This document shows, piece after piece, positions 55,169 to 63,872 of a stretch of DNA of 64,000 bases (position 1 is the stretch's first letter; each line of letters opens with the position of its first letter). The notes beneath the pieces are model-generated. The model had not been told where the DNA came from and did not search any database. It was given only the letters and a program-made list of their open reading frames with translations. The DNA is taken from assembly GCA_035516255.1 (NCBI GenBank), contig DATJAL010000019.1:22196-86195 (forward strand). The letters are read 5' to 3'. Made by a program: the position numbers and the translations under genes. Source of the stretch: Chitinivibrionales bacterium. GTDB taxonomy: Bacteria; Fibrobacterota; Chitinivibrionia; Chitinivibrionales; FEN-1185.

Positions 55169-55243
55169 CGGAGTGTGGCCCAGCCTGGTTAGGGCACTTG
55201 GTTCGGGACCAAGTCGTCGGAGGTTCAAATCCTCTCACTCCGA
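55169..55243 (+). tRNA. tRNA-Pro (anticodon CGG)
   Basis: Acceptor CGGAGTG/CACTCCG. Anticodon stem CTTGG/CCAAG with loop TTCGGGA. T-arm GGAGG-TTCAAAT-CCTCT. Confidence 0.9.
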
Positions 55244-55517
55244 TTTTCTTTTTTCCCCCGGTCCTTTCCCCGCTAAAGAGCATGGGCGCAATGATGCGGC
55301 AGGTGCGGTGCCGGGTACTGCCGCCCGGTTGTTTCATGCTTGACAAGAAATTCACCGCAGAGACGCTGAGCGCGCAGAAAAAAATAGGATAGAGTTGAAG
55401 GTTGAAAGTTGAAAGTGATAATTCAAACCAAAACGCATTTAACTTTCAACTTTTAACTGTTTCTTTACTTTGTGTACTCTGTGTCTCTTGTGGCAAATTC
55501 ATTTTTAAGTAGCGATA

Positions 55518-56831
55518 ATGGAAAAACAACGTTTCTTCAAGGACATCTGCGACAGGACCCTCGACAACGGGCTCAAGGTGATCTGTCTCAAGAAAACCGG
55601 CGCGCCGGTCGTGTCGGTCCAGCTGTGGTACCGAACGGGCAGCGCCAACGAGCGCGACGGCATACGCGGGATCTCTCATTTTTTCGAGCACATGATGTTC
55701 CGAGGCTCGAAAAACGTGGGGCCCGAGGAGCACGCGCGCCGCATCAACGACGTGGGTGGACACTACAACGCTTTCACGGCCGAGGATGTCACCGCGTACC
55801 ACAACAGCGTTCCCAAGGAATGCCTCGACATGGTGCTTTCGCTCGAGTCCGACCGGATGAACGATCTCATCATCAATGAAAAGGTGCTCGAGACCGAGCG
55901 CAACGTTATTGTCGAGGAATTCCAGACGTACATGAACAATCCGCTCACCAAGGCGTTTCTCGAGTTCCGGAAGGAATTTTTCAAGGGCCATCCCTACGAA
56001 TACAGCGCGCTCGGCCGGATCGAGGACATCCGCACCGTGTCGGTGGCGGACTGCATGTCCTACTACCGGGAATGGTACGCTCCGAACAACGCCCTTCTTG
56101 TCGTCGTGGGGGATTTCGACAGCAGCGAAGTGGTGTTTGACAAGGTGGAAACAAATTTCAAGCGGCACGGGAAGCAGACCGCCGTCAGGGCGAGCAATGC
56201 CGTCGGCCAGCCAGCCTACCGGAACCTGTGGATGAAACGCGCCGTTGATTTTGACGTGCCCGTGTGCGTGATAGGGTATCCTGCGCCGCCCGCGTCGGAC
56301 AGGGACGCGCTGCCGCTCGAGATTCTGCAGCTCATCCTTTCGCAGGGCGAATCAAGCAGGATGCACCGGGAGATCGTGCGGAAACGCTCGCTCGCCGTGA
56401 TGGCGGGCGGCATGAACCAGAGCCTCAAGCGCTCGGGAATGTCCCTGTTTTTCGCCGTGTTCACGCCCAACGTTTCGCAGCGCCGCGTTGAAGAGGCGAT
56501 CCTTAAGCAGATTGACGCGGTGCGAACGCAGGGAATATCGGAACATGAAATGGAAAAAGTGAAAAACTCGGTGCTCACGAACCGGGTCTATGAACTGTAT
56601 TCCTGCGACCATGTTTGTCAGAAACTGGCATATTCCGAGGCCATTGAGGGAAATTACCGGTTGTGGGTGGAGCGGCTTTCAGCGCTCGAGGCCATGAGCG
56701 TGGAAACGCTCATGCAGGCCGCCCGGCGCTACTGGGTCGAGGCTGGCCGGCACACGCTGTATCTTAAGCCGAAAAAAATCAACCCGCTTCTCTATGCGGC
56801 GGGGATATTCAGGAAGCTTATTCCGCAATAG
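55518..56831 (+). CDS. M16 family (pitrilysin/insulinase) zinc peptidase, catalytic subunit
   Basis: Inverted zinc motif HFFEHMMFRG (HxxEH), followed by NAFTAEDVTAYH. Confidence 0.9.
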   Translation: MEKQRFFKDICDRTLDNGLKVICLKKTGAPVVSVQLWYRTGSANERDGIRGISHFFEHMMFRGSKNVGPEEHARRINDVGGHYNAFTAEDVTAYHNSVPKECLDMVLSLESDRMNDLIINEKVLETERNVIVEEFQTYMNNPLTKAFLEFRKEFFKGHPYEYSALGRIEDIRTVSVADCMSYYREWYAPNNALLVVVGDFDSSEVVFDKVETNFKRHGKQTAVRASNAVGQPAYRNLWMKRAVDFDVPVCVIGYPAPPASDRDALPLEILQLILSQGESSRMHREIVRKRSLAVMAGGMNQSLKRSGMSLFFAVFTPNVSQRRVEEAILKQIDAVRTQGISEHEMEKVKNSVLTNRVYELYSCDHVCQKLAYSEAIEGNYRLWVERLSALEAMSVETLMQAARRYWVEAGRHTLYLKPKKINPLLYAAGIFRKLIPQ

Positions 56832-56840
56832 GAAAAAATA

Positions 56841-56939
56841 GCCACAGAGCCACGGAGACACAGAGAAGAAAATGATAATTAAAAAGAATACTTGCATACA
56901 ACTCTAATTGTTTTCTCAGTGTCTCCGTGCCCCTGTGGC
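56841..56939. repeat. Intergenic inverted-repeat element between the two M16 genes
   Basis: GCCACAGAGCCACGGAGACACAGAGAA (56841-67) versus TTCTCAGTGTCTCCGTGCCCCTGTGGC (56913-39). The 27-nt arms are complementary except for a few positions. A related half-site GTGTACTCTGTGTCTCTTGTGGC lies at 55472-55494. Confidence 0.75.
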
Positions 56940-56980
56940 AGAATTAATTTACGCCGGCTCGAATCTAACAGGATTCCGAT

Positions 56981-58312
56981 ATGTCGGAAAAAAACATTTA
57001 CACCTTTCCCCCCATAATCCAGGAAACGCTGGCAAACGGCCTTCATCTGATGCTCGTTGAAGACCACGAGCAGGAAGGCATCACGCTGGCCTTCCAGATG
57101 CCCGCCGGCGAATTCTGCGATCCCGTTTCCTTTGAAGGCGCCACCGAGCTGGTGATCGGCCTGCTGCTGAAGGGGCCGTCGTCGCTCACGCCCGAGGAAT
57201 TCTCCGATCAACTGGAGCACGCCGGCGCCGGCCTGTTCACCGACGTCGGGGACGAGCACACCATCATCGGCTGCAAAATGCTTGCACGCCCGTTTGATCT
57301 TATCATGCCGCTGTTCTGGAACATGCTAGGCAACCCCGGACTCAGCCCCAAAGAGCTCGCACGGCTGAAGCGGGAAATGATCACCGGCCTGCAAGCCGAA
57401 CTTGCGGACCCCATGTCCATTGCAAACCGCCATTTCGGCAGCGTGCTCTGCGGCGCGGCGCATCCGGTGGGAAGAGTGCAGACGATACAATCGGTCAAGA
57501 AGATAACCATGCGACAGATCAGGGAATATTACGATTCCCTTGTGTCGCCGGAAAACGGCTCCCTTGTGATCGCCGGCGATTTTGACTCACGCGAAGTCAT
57601 GCAGAAATTCCGGCCGTTCATTGAATCATGGAAAAAAAAGCGGAAAATACCGGTTGAAGCGGCCGGCACGCTGCCGCCGCTTTCTTCAAACAGGATACGC
57701 CTTATTGACAAGAAGGATTTATCCCAGGTGTCCTTCATCATCGGGTATCCCGTGTGCGGCGAGCTCGACCCGATGCGCAACGAGCTGGCCCTGGCGAATT
57801 ACATCCTCGGCGGGGGGAATTTTTCATCGCGTCTCATGGCGCACATCCGCTCGCAGGAGGGAAAAACCTACGGCATTTCGTCGCAGTTCTCCTGCAACCG
57901 AGGCTTCGGCATTTTTTCCATTGCAACGTCGACGCAGACCGCAAAGGCCGCAGAGATGCTCACGTCTATAATGGACGTCTGCCGCACCTTTGCGGAAAAC
58001 GGCGTTACCGGTGAGGAACTTGACAAGGCCAAAAAATTCGCGCTCGGAAGCATGGCGTTCCAGCTCGAGGGAATCGTTAATGTCGCTGAAAAACTCCTGT
58101 GGCTCAGGGAATTCGGAAGGGACGTTTCATACATCGAACGGTTTAACGAACGGATTGAGGGAATCACGCTGCAAGGCGTCAACGATGCGATTCGCAAATA
58201 CCTGTCGTCCTCCCATTATGCAATCACGGCGGTGGGGAAGAAGGAGGAAATCCAGAACATTCTTGCCGCGTACGGTGCCGTCGAGACCGTGGATTTCCGG
58301 AAGAATCCCTGA
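56981..58312 (+). CDS. M16 family peptidase-like protein, non-catalytic partner (no HxxEH)
   Basis: Same two-domain insulinase architecture and length as the upstream gene, but the zinc motif is absent (…LAFQMPAGEFCDP…). Confidence 0.85.
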   Translation: MSEKNIYTFPPIIQETLANGLHLMLVEDHEQEGITLAFQMPAGEFCDPVSFEGATELVIGLLLKGPSSLTPEEFSDQLEHAGAGLFTDVGDEHTIIGCKMLARPFDLIMPLFWNMLGNPGLSPKELARLKREMITGLQAELADPMSIANRHFGSVLCGAAHPVGRVQTIQSVKKITMRQIREYYDSLVSPENGSLVIAGDFDSREVMQKFRPFIESWKKKRKIPVEAAGTLPPLSSNRIRLIDKKDLSQVSFIIGYPVCGELDPMRNELALANYILGGGNFSSRLMAHIRSQEGKTYGISSQFSCNRGFGIFSIATSTQTAKAAEMLTSIMDVCRTFAENGVTGEELDKAKKFALGSMAFQLEGIVNVAEKLLWLREFGRDVSYIERFNERIEGITLQGVNDAIRKYLSSSHYAITAVGKKEEIQNILAAYGAVETVDFRKNP

Positions 58313-58375
58313 CGGTTGGCAACCGAACCATGAGATGATATATCCGTTGCGGGATTTTTCATTTAAACCTATTTT

Positions 58376-59480
58376 TACTAAGCAGTTCATTAGTATGTTG
58401 ACATTAACACGCTACGTATGATAATTCTGGATGATCAAAGAATGACTTGATGATGTCGGGCGAGTTCTGCAGCCAACGCAATGTACCAACGACTTTACTT
58501 TTTAGCATTTCTGGCCCGGGAATGAAGGAGCGTCCGACTTTCGGTTTCACAGTGTTCCAAACCAATTCATCCGGGTTTGTTTCAGGTGAATACGACGGGA
58601 AACGGATGAGACGGATTCTGCCATTATACGATTCGATATGCTTTCTAACCTTGGTGCTTCTATGAACCGGATGACCGTCAACTATCAGGTAAACCCTATT
58701 ACGTCGATTGTGAATCAAACGATCTACAAATTCGCAAAAAATGTCGGCGCTCACCGTTTTCTCCGTCACCATGAAGCGCATCTCTCCTTTTCGGGTTATC
58801 GCCGAAACCATATTCAAACCAAATCGAGCACCAGTGGCCGGGACTTTTGGCGTCTTCCCGCGAGGCGCCCACGTGGTTCCCGCATGGTAGTCAGAACGAA
58901 TTCCCGCTTCGTCAGCAAAAAATACCGATGCATGCTCTGCCTTTGCACGCGCCGCGATTCGTGGAAACTCATGATTCATCCATTGATCGACCGCATTCGG
59001 GTCCTGCTGGTAGGCTCTAAACAACGGCCTCTGACAAGTCAATCCCAACTTCGCCAACAGCCGACCTACAGAAACCACACTCATGGAAACACCATGTTTT
59101 CGCCTAATCAAATCACGGATCATTTCCCGTGTCCACAGAGCAAACTCGAATTTCAATTGCAAAGGGTTCTTCCCAACAACGGTACGATAAATCCATCGTA
59201 TCTGTGTCGTTGCCAATTTCGGTGGACGGCCAAACAGCTTCTTTGCTTGAAGAGCTTGCCATCCTCCCGCATTGTATGCTGCAAGCCACCGGTAAATGAT
59301 AGCACGTGTCATCCCCAGGGCAGCTATCACTTGCTCGGGGCTTTGTCCGCCTTGAACCGACTGAACTGCACGAATACGGATCGCTTCAAGCGTCTTATGA
59401 TCCAACTTCCTACCATCGAGCTTCTTTGTCTCCATGGTAGTAATATATATTATGCATACTTACTTATGAACTGATTAGTA
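58376..59480 (-). mobile_element. IS630-family insertion sequence flanked by TA
   Basis: Terminal inverted repeats (TA)CTAAGCAGTTCATTAGTATG at the left and CATACTTACTTATGAACTGATTAG(TA) at the right. Both ends abut a TA dinucleotide, as expected for IS630/Tc1-mariner insertion. Single transposase ORF inside. Confidence 0.8.
58404..59435 (-). CDS. IS630 family transposase (HTH plus DDE_3)
   Basis: N-terminal HTH region. FADEAGIRSD, LIVDGHPVHRS and FPSYSPETNPDELVWN (the DDE triad context of IS630). Confidence 0.9.
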   Translation of the reverse strand: METKKLDGRKLDHKTLEAIRIRAVQSVQGGQSPEQVIAALGMTRAIIYRWLAAYNAGGWQALQAKKLFGRPPKLATTQIRWIYRTVVGKNPLQLKFEFALWTREMIRDLIRRKHGVSMSVVSVGRLLAKLGLTCQRPLFRAYQQDPNAVDQWMNHEFPRIAARAKAEHASVFFADEAGIRSDYHAGTTWAPRGKTPKVPATGARFGLNMVSAITRKGEMRFMVTEKTVSADIFCEFVDRLIHNRRNRVYLIVDGHPVHRSTKVRKHIESYNGRIRLIRFPSYSPETNPDELVWNTVKPKVGRSFIPGPEMLKSKVVGTLRWLQNSPDIIKSFFDHPELSYVAC

Positions 59481-59492
59481 ACTCTGATTATG

Positions 59493-59611
59493 TTGAAAGG
59501 CGCAGCCCGCGCTTTCCCCGTGACTTGGCGCGGGGTTAGCGGGCGACGATAAAATATTCTATTTCCATGGCCAAGGAAAAATCCCCGACACTTAGGGCGG
59601 GATTCTTCAAT
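59493..59611 (+). repeat. 119-nt two-hairpin dispersed element, copy 2
   Basis: Colinear with 31225-31343 with scattered substitutions and two 1-nt indels. Hairpin A is retained (CCCCGTG-ACTTGG-CGCGGGG). Hairpin B is partly eroded. Begins 12 nt outside the IS630 end. Confidence 0.8.
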
Positions 59612-59696
59612 GAAATAATGAAATGATGACCTTGATTTGAACTTATCAGTCTTTGTTTTCAAAATGAAAGTGCTGTTGTTTAAGGCATGGCACAAA

Positions 59697-60221
59697 ATGG
59701 CCAAGGTTTTCTTAAGTCTGGGGAGCAACAAGGGCGACAGGGCGCATTATATTGCGGCAATGGAAAGACGGCTTAAGTCCGTTTTGCTTCCTCCGGTTAA
59801 ACGGTCGCGACTTATGAAAACGGAACCAGTGGGGGTTGAGGGAAAGCAGCGCTGGTTTTATAATCGGGTTATATGCGGAGGATACCGGAATTCGGTGCGC
59901 GGGCTGCTTTCCCAATGCAAGGAAATTGAAACCGCGCTGGGACGCACGCACAAGAAAAAGTTGGCGTCCAGGACTGCGGATGTTGATATTCTTTTTTTTG
60001 GGAATTCAATAATAACCGAAAAAGATCTTGTCGTGCCGCACCCACGCATCCGTAAAAGGCGATTTTGCTTGGAAGGCCTGGCAGAACTTGCGCCGAATTA
60101 CAAAGTGCCGGGCATGCGCCTCACGGTTTCGCAGCTGTACAGCAACATGACAAGTGCTGTGCGCAGACAGAAGGTTGCTTTTATGACTACGCAGGCGCAT
60201 TCGGCGAGGGGCGCGAAATGA
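59697..60221 (+). CDS. folK: 2-amino-4-hydroxy-6-hydroxymethyldihydropteridine diphosphokinase
   Basis: VFLSLGSNKGDR, IE..LGR, DVDILFF and VVPHPRI..RRF blocks of HPPK. Start ATG 59697 preferred. Confidence 0.88.
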   Translation: MAKVFLSLGSNKGDRAHYIAAMERRLKSVLLPPVKRSRLMKTEPVGVEGKQRWFYNRVICGGYRNSVRGLLSQCKEIETALGRTHKKKLASRTADVDILFFGNSIITEKDLVVPHPRIRKRRFCLEGLAELAPNYKVPGMRLTVSQLYSNMTSAVRRQKVAFMTTQAHSARGAK

Positions 60222-60928
60222 GCTCCCGCAGCCTCCGTCTTCCGCGGCATATAAAACACGTCAGCGTCGAGGGGGTGCTCGGCGTGGGAAAAACCGCCCT
60301 GTGCCGCATTCTGGCCGCGCGGTGCGACGCGCGTCTCGTACTCGAAGAGGGCGAGGAAAATCCCTTTCTCCAGAAATTCTACAGGAACCGGAAATCATTC
60401 GCGTTCCAGACCCAGCTCTGGTTCCTCCTGTCGCGGTACCGCCAGCTTTCCGAGACCTTTGTGCAGCTCGACCTGTTTCACGACGTCACGGTGCTCGACT
60501 ACATGTTCGCGAAGGACCGGATATTCGCGGCGGTCAATCTTGACGAAAATGAACTCGCCCTGTACAACAGCATCGTTTCGGCGCTCGAGGAGCGGGTGCC
60601 CATGCCCGATTACGTGGTGTACCTGCAGGCGTCCACCGAGGTGCTGTGCCGGCGCATCGAAAAGCGCGGCAGGCCCTTTGAAACGGACATCGACGCCGAC
60701 TACGTCGAACAGCTCAACCAGGCGTACAACCATTATTTCTTCCATTACACCGACTCGCCGCTGCTCATCATCAACACCAACGACATTGACTTTGTGGAGA
60801 ACGACGCCGATCTCGACGAGATGTTGCGCGAAATCTGCAAGGCGCTTCCGGGCACCAATTTTTTCCAGCCGCCCGATACCGCGACCAAGGACCGGCTGAA
60901 GGAAAGAAAAATCCCGAAAGGACTGTAG
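60218..60928 (+). CDS. Deoxynucleoside kinase family protein
   Basis: ATG overlaps the folK stop (ATGA). P-loop VEGVLGVGKT, ENPFL..FY, FQTQLWFL and RI.KRGRPFE blocks of the dNK family. Confidence 0.85.
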   Translation: MSSRSLRLPRHIKHVSVEGVLGVGKTALCRILAARCDARLVLEEGEENPFLQKFYRNRKSFAFQTQLWFLLSRYRQLSETFVQLDLFHDVTVLDYMFAKDRIFAAVNLDENELALYNSIVSALEERVPMPDYVVYLQASTEVLCRRIEKRGRPFETDIDADYVEQLNQAYNHYFFHYTDSPLLIINTNDIDFVENDADLDEMLREICKALPGTNFFQPPDTATKDRLKERKIPKGL

Positions 60929-60934
60929 CGCGCC

Positions 60935-61792
60935 ATGAAGATCGTCACCAGCCCTTCGGAGATGAAGACCCTTTCCCTGACCTTTCAGAAGGCGGGGAAG
61001 CGAGTGGGGCTCGTCCCCACCATGGGTGCGCTCCACGCCGGCCACCTGTCGCTGCTCAAGACCGCCCAGCAACTCTGCGACGTTTCCGTCATGAGCATTT
61101 TTGTCAATCCCGCGCAGTTCGGCCCTTCGGAAGACCTGGCAAAATACCCGCGGCCGTTTGCCGAAGACTGCAGAAAGGCGGAAGAAAACTGGTGCGACGT
61201 CGTGTTCGCTCCTTCCGAAGCGGGCATGTATCCCGCCGGCTATTCAACGCACGTGAATGTGGAAAAAGTGACCGACCGGCTGTGCGGCGCAAACAGGCCC
61301 GGGCATTTCAGGGGCGTCGCGACCGTGGTGCTGAAGCTCATCAACATCGTCATGCCGCAGGTCGCGGTGTTCGGCCAGAAAGACGGCCAGCAGTGCATTG
61401 TCATAAGGAGAATGGTCGCAGACCTCAACGTGCCGGTAAAACTCGTGATCGCGCCAACGGTGCGGGAAACCGACGGCCTTGCCATGAGCTCGAGAAACAC
61501 CTATCTTACTCAGGATGAACGGAGCGAAGCGGCGCAGATTCATAAAGGCCTTGCCGACGCGCTTGCACTTTACGAATCAGGAGAACGCACAGCCGCCGTC
61601 CTTTGTTCGGCGGTCAGGGACGCCTGCAAGGATTCGGCGACTTTTTCGGTTGAATACATCGAGTTGGTCGACGCCGTGACCGCGCATCCGGTTTCCGCCG
61701 TTTCCGGACCGGCGCTTCTGGCCGTTGCGGTGAGGACTCGTGAAAGCAAGACGCGGCTGATTGACAACATCGTCGTAGGAGGATCGCTTTGA
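60935..61792 (+). CDS. panC: Pantoate--beta-alanine ligase
   Basis: VPTMGALHAGHLSL, SIFVNP.QFGP.EDL..YPR, RPGHFRGV.TVV.KL and FGQKD.QQ blocks. Confidence 0.93.
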   Translation: MKIVTSPSEMKTLSLTFQKAGKRVGLVPTMGALHAGHLSLLKTAQQLCDVSVMSIFVNPAQFGPSEDLAKYPRPFAEDCRKAEENWCDVVFAPSEAGMYPAGYSTHVNVEKVTDRLCGANRPGHFRGVATVVLKLINIVMPQVAVFGQKDGQQCIVIRRMVADLNVPVKLVIAPTVRETDGLAMSSRNTYLTQDERSEAAQIHKGLADALALYESGERTAAVLCSAVRDACKDSATFSVEYIELVDAVTAHPVSAVSGPALLAVAVRTRESKTRLIDNIVVGGSL

Positions 61793-63084
61793 TGAACGCC
61801 CAGGGGCAAAAGGTTCCCATCATCTTTAATCTTTTTCCGCGCCATTATGCCACGATGGACGATTGGATCAAGGCGATCCCGCATGTCGCGTCAATGGGTT
61901 TCAATTGGATATTTGTCAATCCTTTCCATGCCACCGGGTTTTCGGGCAGCCTGTATGCGATCAAAAATTATTACGAGCTCAATCCGCTGTTCCTGAAAAA
62001 GGACGGCGACACCGCGGACTGGCGGCCGCTCAAGAAATTCGTCGCGGCCTGCAAAGGCGCCTCGATGGACGTCATGATGGACCTCGTGATCAACCATACC
62101 GCGTTTGATTCGTTTCTCGTCAAGTCCAACCCGGTGTGGTACAAGCGGGACGCCGGGGGGAAGCTGGTGAGCCCGCATGCCATTGACCCGGCAAACGCCG
62201 ACAACGTGACGGTGTGGGGCGACCTTGCGGAGATTGACAATTACGAAAGCAAGGACAAGAAAGGGCTGTGGGACTACTGGAACAAGCTGGTACAGTATTT
62301 TCAGGAAATGGGCATCGCGGGTTTCCGCTGCGACGCGGCGTATCAGGTGCCCGCGGAGCTGTGGTCATATCTGATCAACGCGGCAAAGAAACGCTACCCG
62401 CGCTCCGTTTTTCTCGCGGAAACGCTCGGATGCACGCTGGAGCAGATGGCCGAAATGAAAGGCACGGGTTTTGATTTCCTGTACAATTCGTCGAAATACT
62501 GGGAGTTCGATAAGCCCTGGTGCCTCGAACAGCATGAGGAAAACAAAAAGATCGCGCCGTCGATCAGCTTTCCCGAATCGCACGATACACCGCGGCTTGC
62601 CGCCGAAAAACCGGGCACCATACAGGTCCAAAAGATGCGGTATGCCTTTGCCGCGATATTTTCCTCGGGACTGCTCATGCCCGCAGGATATGAATACGGC
62701 GCTAAAAACAGGATGGACGTGGTAAAGGGTTCGCCCAAGGACGTTGAGCAGCCCCAGTGGGAATTGGCCGGCTGGATAAAGCAGATGAATGAGTTCAAGT
62801 TAAGCCAGCCGGTGCTGTGCGAGGAAGGCACGTGGAGGCCCCTTACCGAATATGATGCTGAATTTATGTTTCTCGAAAAGCAATCGGACAACGAACAGAA
62901 ACCCGTGCTTGTGTGTGTCAATAAAAATTCCGAAGGGGAGCTTGAGATCGCCGCCGCGGACCTGCCCGAGGAAATCAGGCATTATAAAAAAATGGTTCGG
63001 CTTACCGCAGATGCATTCAAAGAAACGCCGGTTTCGCACCATATCATGCTGAAACCCGCCGATATAATCGTCTTTCTGCGATGA
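61792..63084 (+). CDS. GH13 alpha-amylase-family protein, short GlgE-like paralog lacking the GlgE N-terminal domains
   Basis: ATG overlaps the panC TGA. Colinear with the catalytic core of the window's own GlgE: GFNWIFVNPFH versus GFDVLYLTPIH, FRCDAAY versus FRVDNPH, FLAETL versus FLAEAF. Also has FPESHDTPR. Confidence 0.75.
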   Translation: MNAQGQKVPIIFNLFPRHYATMDDWIKAIPHVASMGFNWIFVNPFHATGFSGSLYAIKNYYELNPLFLKKDGDTADWRPLKKFVAACKGASMDVMMDLVINHTAFDSFLVKSNPVWYKRDAGGKLVSPHAIDPANADNVTVWGDLAEIDNYESKDKKGLWDYWNKLVQYFQEMGIAGFRCDAAYQVPAELWSYLINAAKKRYPRSVFLAETLGCTLEQMAEMKGTGFDFLYNSSKYWEFDKPWCLEQHEENKKIAPSISFPESHDTPRLAAEKPGTIQVQKMRYAFAAIFSSGLLMPAGYEYGAKNRMDVVKGSPKDVEQPQWELAGWIKQMNEFKLSQPVLCEEGTWRPLTEYDAEFMFLEKQSDNEQKPVLVCVNKNSEGELEIAAADLPEEIRHYKKMVRLTADAFKETPVSHHIMLKPADIIVFLR

Positions 63085-63244
63085 CGGATTTAGCAGGCTG
63101 TTGAAAAAGTCGCTTTTCCTGGTTCGAAAAGCTCACCACGAACGGTGTTTGTGCGCGGATTCCGGCACTTTTCCGTTCGCCCTGAGCCTGTCGAAGGGTG
63201 AACGAAGACTTTTTTCCACGCCCTGGCAGTGGAAAAAACCCGCA

Positions 63245-63781
63245 TTACTTCAGTACAAGGCTTCCAAAAGGTATTTGGATGAGCTGGTACAGCGTGTCGC
63301 CGCGCGGTTGTTCAAGAAGAATTTTGCTGTACGTCACTTCCCCTGAAATCTTTTGTCCAAAAGCAAGCGAACCGCCGTCATGCCATGCCTTCAGGTATAA
63401 TGCCCAGCGCTTTCCGTCCGCCGACGCCGCCATTGCCCGGCCCTGCGCCTGCACCGCCTCGGGCTGCGATTTGTTGTAAGCGCCTTTTCCCGCAACCAGG
63501 AAGCAGCCGTCCGCCGAATCAAAAGAAACCTTTTTCAAATCACCGAGGGAAGCATTGCTCTGCGAGCGGGTATTGGCATACACCGCATTTTCAAGCTTTA
63601 TCAGAAGCGATAAAAGGGAATCGTATTTTGCAGAGTCAAACGGCACGGCGTTTGACGGCGGGCGGGCGGGGACCGCGGATGATGGCGATGTTCCCTGGTA
63701 CTCCGACGGCTGCAGCTTGCACGAGGCAATGGACAAATAAAAAAACAGGAATGCGGTGATTGCGGCGGTGAAATGTTTCAT
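63245..63781 (-). CDS. Lipoprotein, possibly LPP20-like
   Basis: Lipobox LSIASC. Central AVQAQGRAMAASADGKRWALYLKAW resembles the LPP20-type helix. Weak assignment. Confidence 0.5.
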   Translation of the reverse strand: MKHFTAAITAFLFFYLSIASCKLQPSEYQGTSPSSAVPARPPSNAVPFDSAKYDSLLSLLIKLENAVYANTRSQSNASLGDLKKVSFDSADGCFLVAGKGAYNKSQPEAVQAQGRAMAASADGKRWALYLKAWHDGGSLAFGQKISGEVTYSKILLEQPRGDTLYQLIQIPFGSLVLK

Positions 63782-63872
63782 GGTATTTTAATCCTTGCTG
63801 ATTTGTGCATGATAAAGATACATACTAGAAAATAATTATCATCAATAATCGCAGTGACAAACTAAAGTCTTC

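Noticed and set aside
58638-59474. 278-aa plus-strand ORF inside the IS630 element
   Set aside because: It is antisense to the intact IS630 transposase, which has clear DDE_3 motifs. No motifs are present in the plus frame.
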